DNA of 64,000 bases, taken from NCBI GenBank assembly GCA_963695555.1, contig CAVOGR010000001.1:1077716-1141715 (forward strand), in the 5' to 3' direction. Shown here one piece after another: positions 61,325 to 64,000 of the stretch; within the stretch, counting starts at the first letter, position 1; every line of letters begins with the position of its first letter. The stretch comes from an uncultured Gemmatimonadales bacterium. Lineage in GTDB: Bacteria > Gemmatimonadota > Gemmatimonadetes > Gemmatimonadales > GWC2-71-9. Position numbers and translations under genes: made by a program. Below the pieces are notes generated by a model, which searched no databases, was not told the origin of the DNA, and worked only from the letters and a program-made list of their open reading frames with translations.

Positions 61325-61863
61325 AGTCACTGGTCAGGACCCAGGACCGCCGATTCTTCCCATGTGAAACGTTTTGCCTCGCGCGTCCCCCGCGGGTTGG
61401 GCTCTAGGCGCCCCGGTCTCCTGACCGTGACGCCCTGAGCTACGCCGCCCATGCGGGTGACGATCCCTGACGCCCGCGCGCTCCGCTTGCCGGAAAGCCG
61501 TTTCCATCCCCTCGAAGCCGCGTCTATCGCGGATGGTCCACCGGGCGCGGCTCTGGTCAAGGACTACTCGTTCCTGCGTTCCTCCTTGACCAGGGCCTTG
61601 ATGCGCCGATGGCCTTCATCCCCGACGCGGCTTCGACGGGATGGTGAAGGGGCCAGTGTTTGACTGGAAGGGGAGGGGGTTGAGCGCTGCGCGCGACCGG
61701 GTTGGATGCGAGAGTCGTTTCCTCTCTCGCGCTCTCTCCCGACGCTCACCAACAGGATCGGCGGGGCCAGAGCAAGCGGGGAAACAGGCCGAAAGAGTGC
61801 AGTGCTGTATGTAGTGCTGTATAATCTTCCCCTTCGTAACAACAACGAGACGGGATCTTCGCA

Positions 61864-62577
61864 ATGACCCAGCAGGTTCTTTCCCTTCCCGGGATCGGCT
61901 CGACCACCAACCGGTTCTCCGGCATCCGGGTTACCGATCTGACCGCCGACGAGGCGGATTCGACCATTGCCCTGGCCCTGTCCGTGCTGGCGCGCAAGCA
62001 TCGCCGCGGGGCCGCGTTGACCAGCCCCGAAGCAACCCGGTCCTATCTCCGCCTGGAGATCGGCGAGCGTCACAATGAGCTGTTCGGTGTCCTGTTCGTC
62101 GACAACCGCCATCGCATCATCGCGAAGGAAGATCTCTTCTTCGGAACCATCGACGGGGCCTCGGTACATCCGCGGGTCGTGGTGCAGCGGGCCTTATCCC
62201 TTAACGCCGCGGCGGCGGTCTTCTATCACACAACCATCCCTTATGTTGATTTCGTGGTGTCAACCTGCCCGTCTGTTACCGCCGCCCCCCTGGGGAGGTC
62301 GCCGAAAGGTGCCATGGCATCGGGCTACTCGCCTCTGATAGAGGCTGGGCTACTCGGGCATGACGCAGTGTAGGAAGTGCCGATGGAGAGGCCAATCAGG
62401 TTGACGAAAGCGAATGCAACCTAACACCCCTCGGGCGTCGCCGAGCCGAGCCAGGCAGACATCCGGATTACGAGCCGGCTCAAGGAAGCCCTGGGCATGG
62501 TCGACGTCCGGGTGCTCGATCACTTCATCGTCTCCGCGGAAGACTCTGTCTCGCTCGCGCAACGGGGTCTGGTCAGA
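61864..62577 (+). pseudogene. radC: Short RadC-like JAB-domain protein (MGE type), interrupted at HNHPSG
   Basis: LTSPEATR.YL, E.FGVLFVDN.HR, GTIDGASVHPR.VV..AL..NAAA..FYH | [31 protein letters not shown]. Confidence 0.92.
62241..62424. mobile_element. 184-bp non-autonomous element inserted in radC
   Basis: Bipartite terminal inverted repeats at 62241-62267 and 62397-62424, flanked by CATCCC and CACCCC; no recombinase gene. Confidence 0.8.
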
Positions 62578-62636
62578 ACAAACAACCGGAGAGGGCGGCC
62601 TCGCGCCGTCCATCCTGCACAATCGAGGAAAGCGCC

Positions 62637-62923
62637 ATGTCCGATCGTTCCTTCTTCGGTCCTTTGCCGTGAGACCTGCCGGGCTTGCCGCGGGTCGGGC
62701 GTCGTCGTCAATCCGGTATGGGACCGCTACTTCACGGAAACTGACGGCACGGGGGACCCGGATCTGTGGGCGCGAGCCGTCGGGTTCGGCTCGGCCCTGG
62801 AGGTCGGTACGGAAGAGATCCCCTGCGAGGATTGCGAAGGGGAGGGCAAACGTGCAGTATCCCGTCCCGCTCGCCGAGGCACTGGCGATCTGTACCGAAC
62901 GGAGAGAGACAACCCATGTTTGA
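62637..62923 (+). pseudogene. Small protein with two CxxCxGxG zinc-finger half-sites; frameshifted
   Basis: GAGGAAAG SD and ATG at 62637; CRACRGSG and CEDCEGEG in a second frame; VPLAEAL end in a third frame. Confidence 0.55.
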
Positions 62924-62996
62924 AGACGCTGACCTGATCCACAGCTACACGCGTGCCGATGCCATTGAGGACGGCATTGTTGAGGTCCTTTGCTAG
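62916..62996 (+). pseudogene. N-terminal fragment of a small ICE/plasmid protein (DUF6573-like)
   Basis: [20 protein letters not shown], followed by abrupt loss of the frame near 62975. Confidence 0.55.
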
Positions 62997-63167
62997 CCGA
63001 AGATCCGCGCCTCTCCCGAGAGAGCGACTATGGTCCAGTCCATCAAGCGGCGATCCACGCCGGACCGCGGCGGTCATTGCCTCAGAAAGGCTGGCTGGAA
63101 GTGAAGGGCACATGTATCGCTGTTGCTGTATGCTTAGCGGCCTTGTACGCACGCACGGGGAGAACTG

Positions 63168-63410
63168 ATGGCCGAGAAAGGCCCGATGGCGCGCATGCAA
63201 CTGCTGCTGCCCCGTGACCTCAAGGCCGACATCGAGCGGTTCGCCGGAGGGCAGGGCATTTCCGCCAACGAGGCGATCCGGGTCCTGTGCAGGCGGGGTC
63301 TCGACGCTTCCGGGCGCGCGCCGCCGCTCTCCGTCCTGGTGGAGGAATTGGGCTATCGGGTGCACGATCTGGAGAAGCGGCTCGCGGCTCAAGAGGGAGC
63401 CGATACATGA
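63168..63410 (+). CDS. Ribbon-helix-helix (Arc/CopG-like) DNA-binding protein
   Basis: MQLLLPRDLKADIERFA..QGISANEAIRVL..RGL plus a short coiled coil; GGAG SD. Confidence 0.75.
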   Translation: MAEKGPMARMQLLLPRDLKADIERFAGGQGISANEAIRVLCRRGLDASGRAPPLSVLVEELGYRVHDLEKRLAAQEGADT

Positions 63411-63670
63411 TCACCGCGGTGATCCCGCCCCTGGTTCCAATGCGGGCGGTTCGGACCTTTGCCTCACGGCAGGGAGACGGCTAGGAACTTCGTCCATGCC
63501 CGGTTCCGACTATCCCAAGATCCACGCCCAGTACATCGATGCGCCGGTACGGCGCTTTCTGTACGAGTACCACCACGCCGCCTATCAGCCGCACGGGTTT
63601 CCGCTCACCGTTCCGGCCGCGACCCGCCGGGAATGGGTGTTGGCCGAGAGCCCCCTGTCCCGAGCGTGGC
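63407..63670 (+). pseudogene. Frameshifted, truncated hypothetical gene
   Basis: ATG overlaps the RHH stop, with a GGAG SD; coding-like sequence continues in another frame (DYPKIHAQYIDAPVRRFLYEY) up to the IS4 fragment. Confidence 0.4.
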
Positions 63671-63972
63671 GCCGACTGGCTGGTGCGCGTGCAGCACACC
63701 GATCGGCTCCTCGTCGATGGGCGGAAGCTGCGCGCGGTCATCGACGCCGCCCCTGTGTTTACCGAGATCACCTTCGAGCGACCTGCCACCAATGGCCGAC
63801 GGGCGCGCACCGTCCACCAGCAGATCAAGGCCGTGTGCGTCACCCTCAAGGCGCCCGCACGCCCCGACCGCACCTTGGCCGAGGTCACCGTCACCGCACT
63901 GCTCGCCACCGAGGCACAACCACCCGCTGGCGAAGCCCCCGTAGCGTCGGGGAAAGCTGTGGGTAATGGTAG
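63671..63972 (+). mobile_element. IS4-family (IS50/Tn5-like) remnant: internal transposase fragment joined to a putative right end
   Basis: Frame missing from the ORF track reads ADWLVRVQHTDR..GRKL..AAP..R.ARTV.QQI..VTL..EVTVTALLATE..PP.GE.PV and breaks before the expected W.LLT. TGTGGGTAATGGTAG at 63958-63972 resembles an IS4 IR. Confidence 0.7.
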
Positions 63973-64000
63973 GGTGTTGGGCGCGCGCATGGCGCCCGCT

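Noticed and set aside
61796..61825. LexA SOS box before radC
   Set aside because: The CTGTAT motifs are direct repeats, not the CTGT-N8-ACAG palindrome.
62637..62700. Selenocysteine readthrough at the early TGA of the zinc-finger ORF
   Set aside because: The CxxCxGxG motifs are in a different frame, so a frameshift explains the break better.
62973..63167. IS6-like end (GGCATTGTTG) at the DUF6573-like truncation
   Set aside because: The match is too short, with no partner IR or transposase nearby.

Overview
GC-rich bacterial DNA. Gene order and protein families suggest Gemmatimonadota; this is an inference, not a database result. Bases 1-50.6 kb are dense, intact core genome, almost all on the + strand: ftsY, recG, asnS, mazG, alr, deoB, cdd, miaB, ComFB-comEC, fbp, a methylmalonyl-CoA mutase large subunit, argS, purM, the rib operon, nusB, hpf, hprK with a mannose-family PTS, ptsH, ptsI, metK, a cobalamin-riboswitch-led B12 uptake operon ending in a BtuG-like beta-propeller lipoprotein, recO, selB, a stand-alone T9SS-tail-like protein, clpB and tadA. 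tRNA-Ser(CGA) at 50654-50740 marks the transition to accessory DNA. It is followed by structured tandem repeats that re-create the tRNA 3' end, an inverted heptamer-repeat site, a 7x Ig-repeat lipoprotein with a leishmanolysin-like protease domain, and fetAB. From about 56.4 kb the window is a frameshift-rich patchwork of fragments: a USP pseudogene, IS1182 nested in IS1380, a group II intron 3' end, an IS91/ISCR end with oriIS, an AAA-DUF4143 ATPase, an ICE/plasmid leading-region-like block and an IS4 remnant. Its radC is split exactly at the JAB HNHPSG motif by a 184-bp non-autonomous element. No CRISPR array, cas gene or rRNA was seen. No complete novel multi-gene system can be proven from sequence alone. 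The best leads are the radC-targeting mini-element, the tRNA T-arm repeat array, and the Bacteroidota-like surface components (BtuG-like, T9SS-CTD-like, lipoprotein plus FadL/PorV-like barrel).
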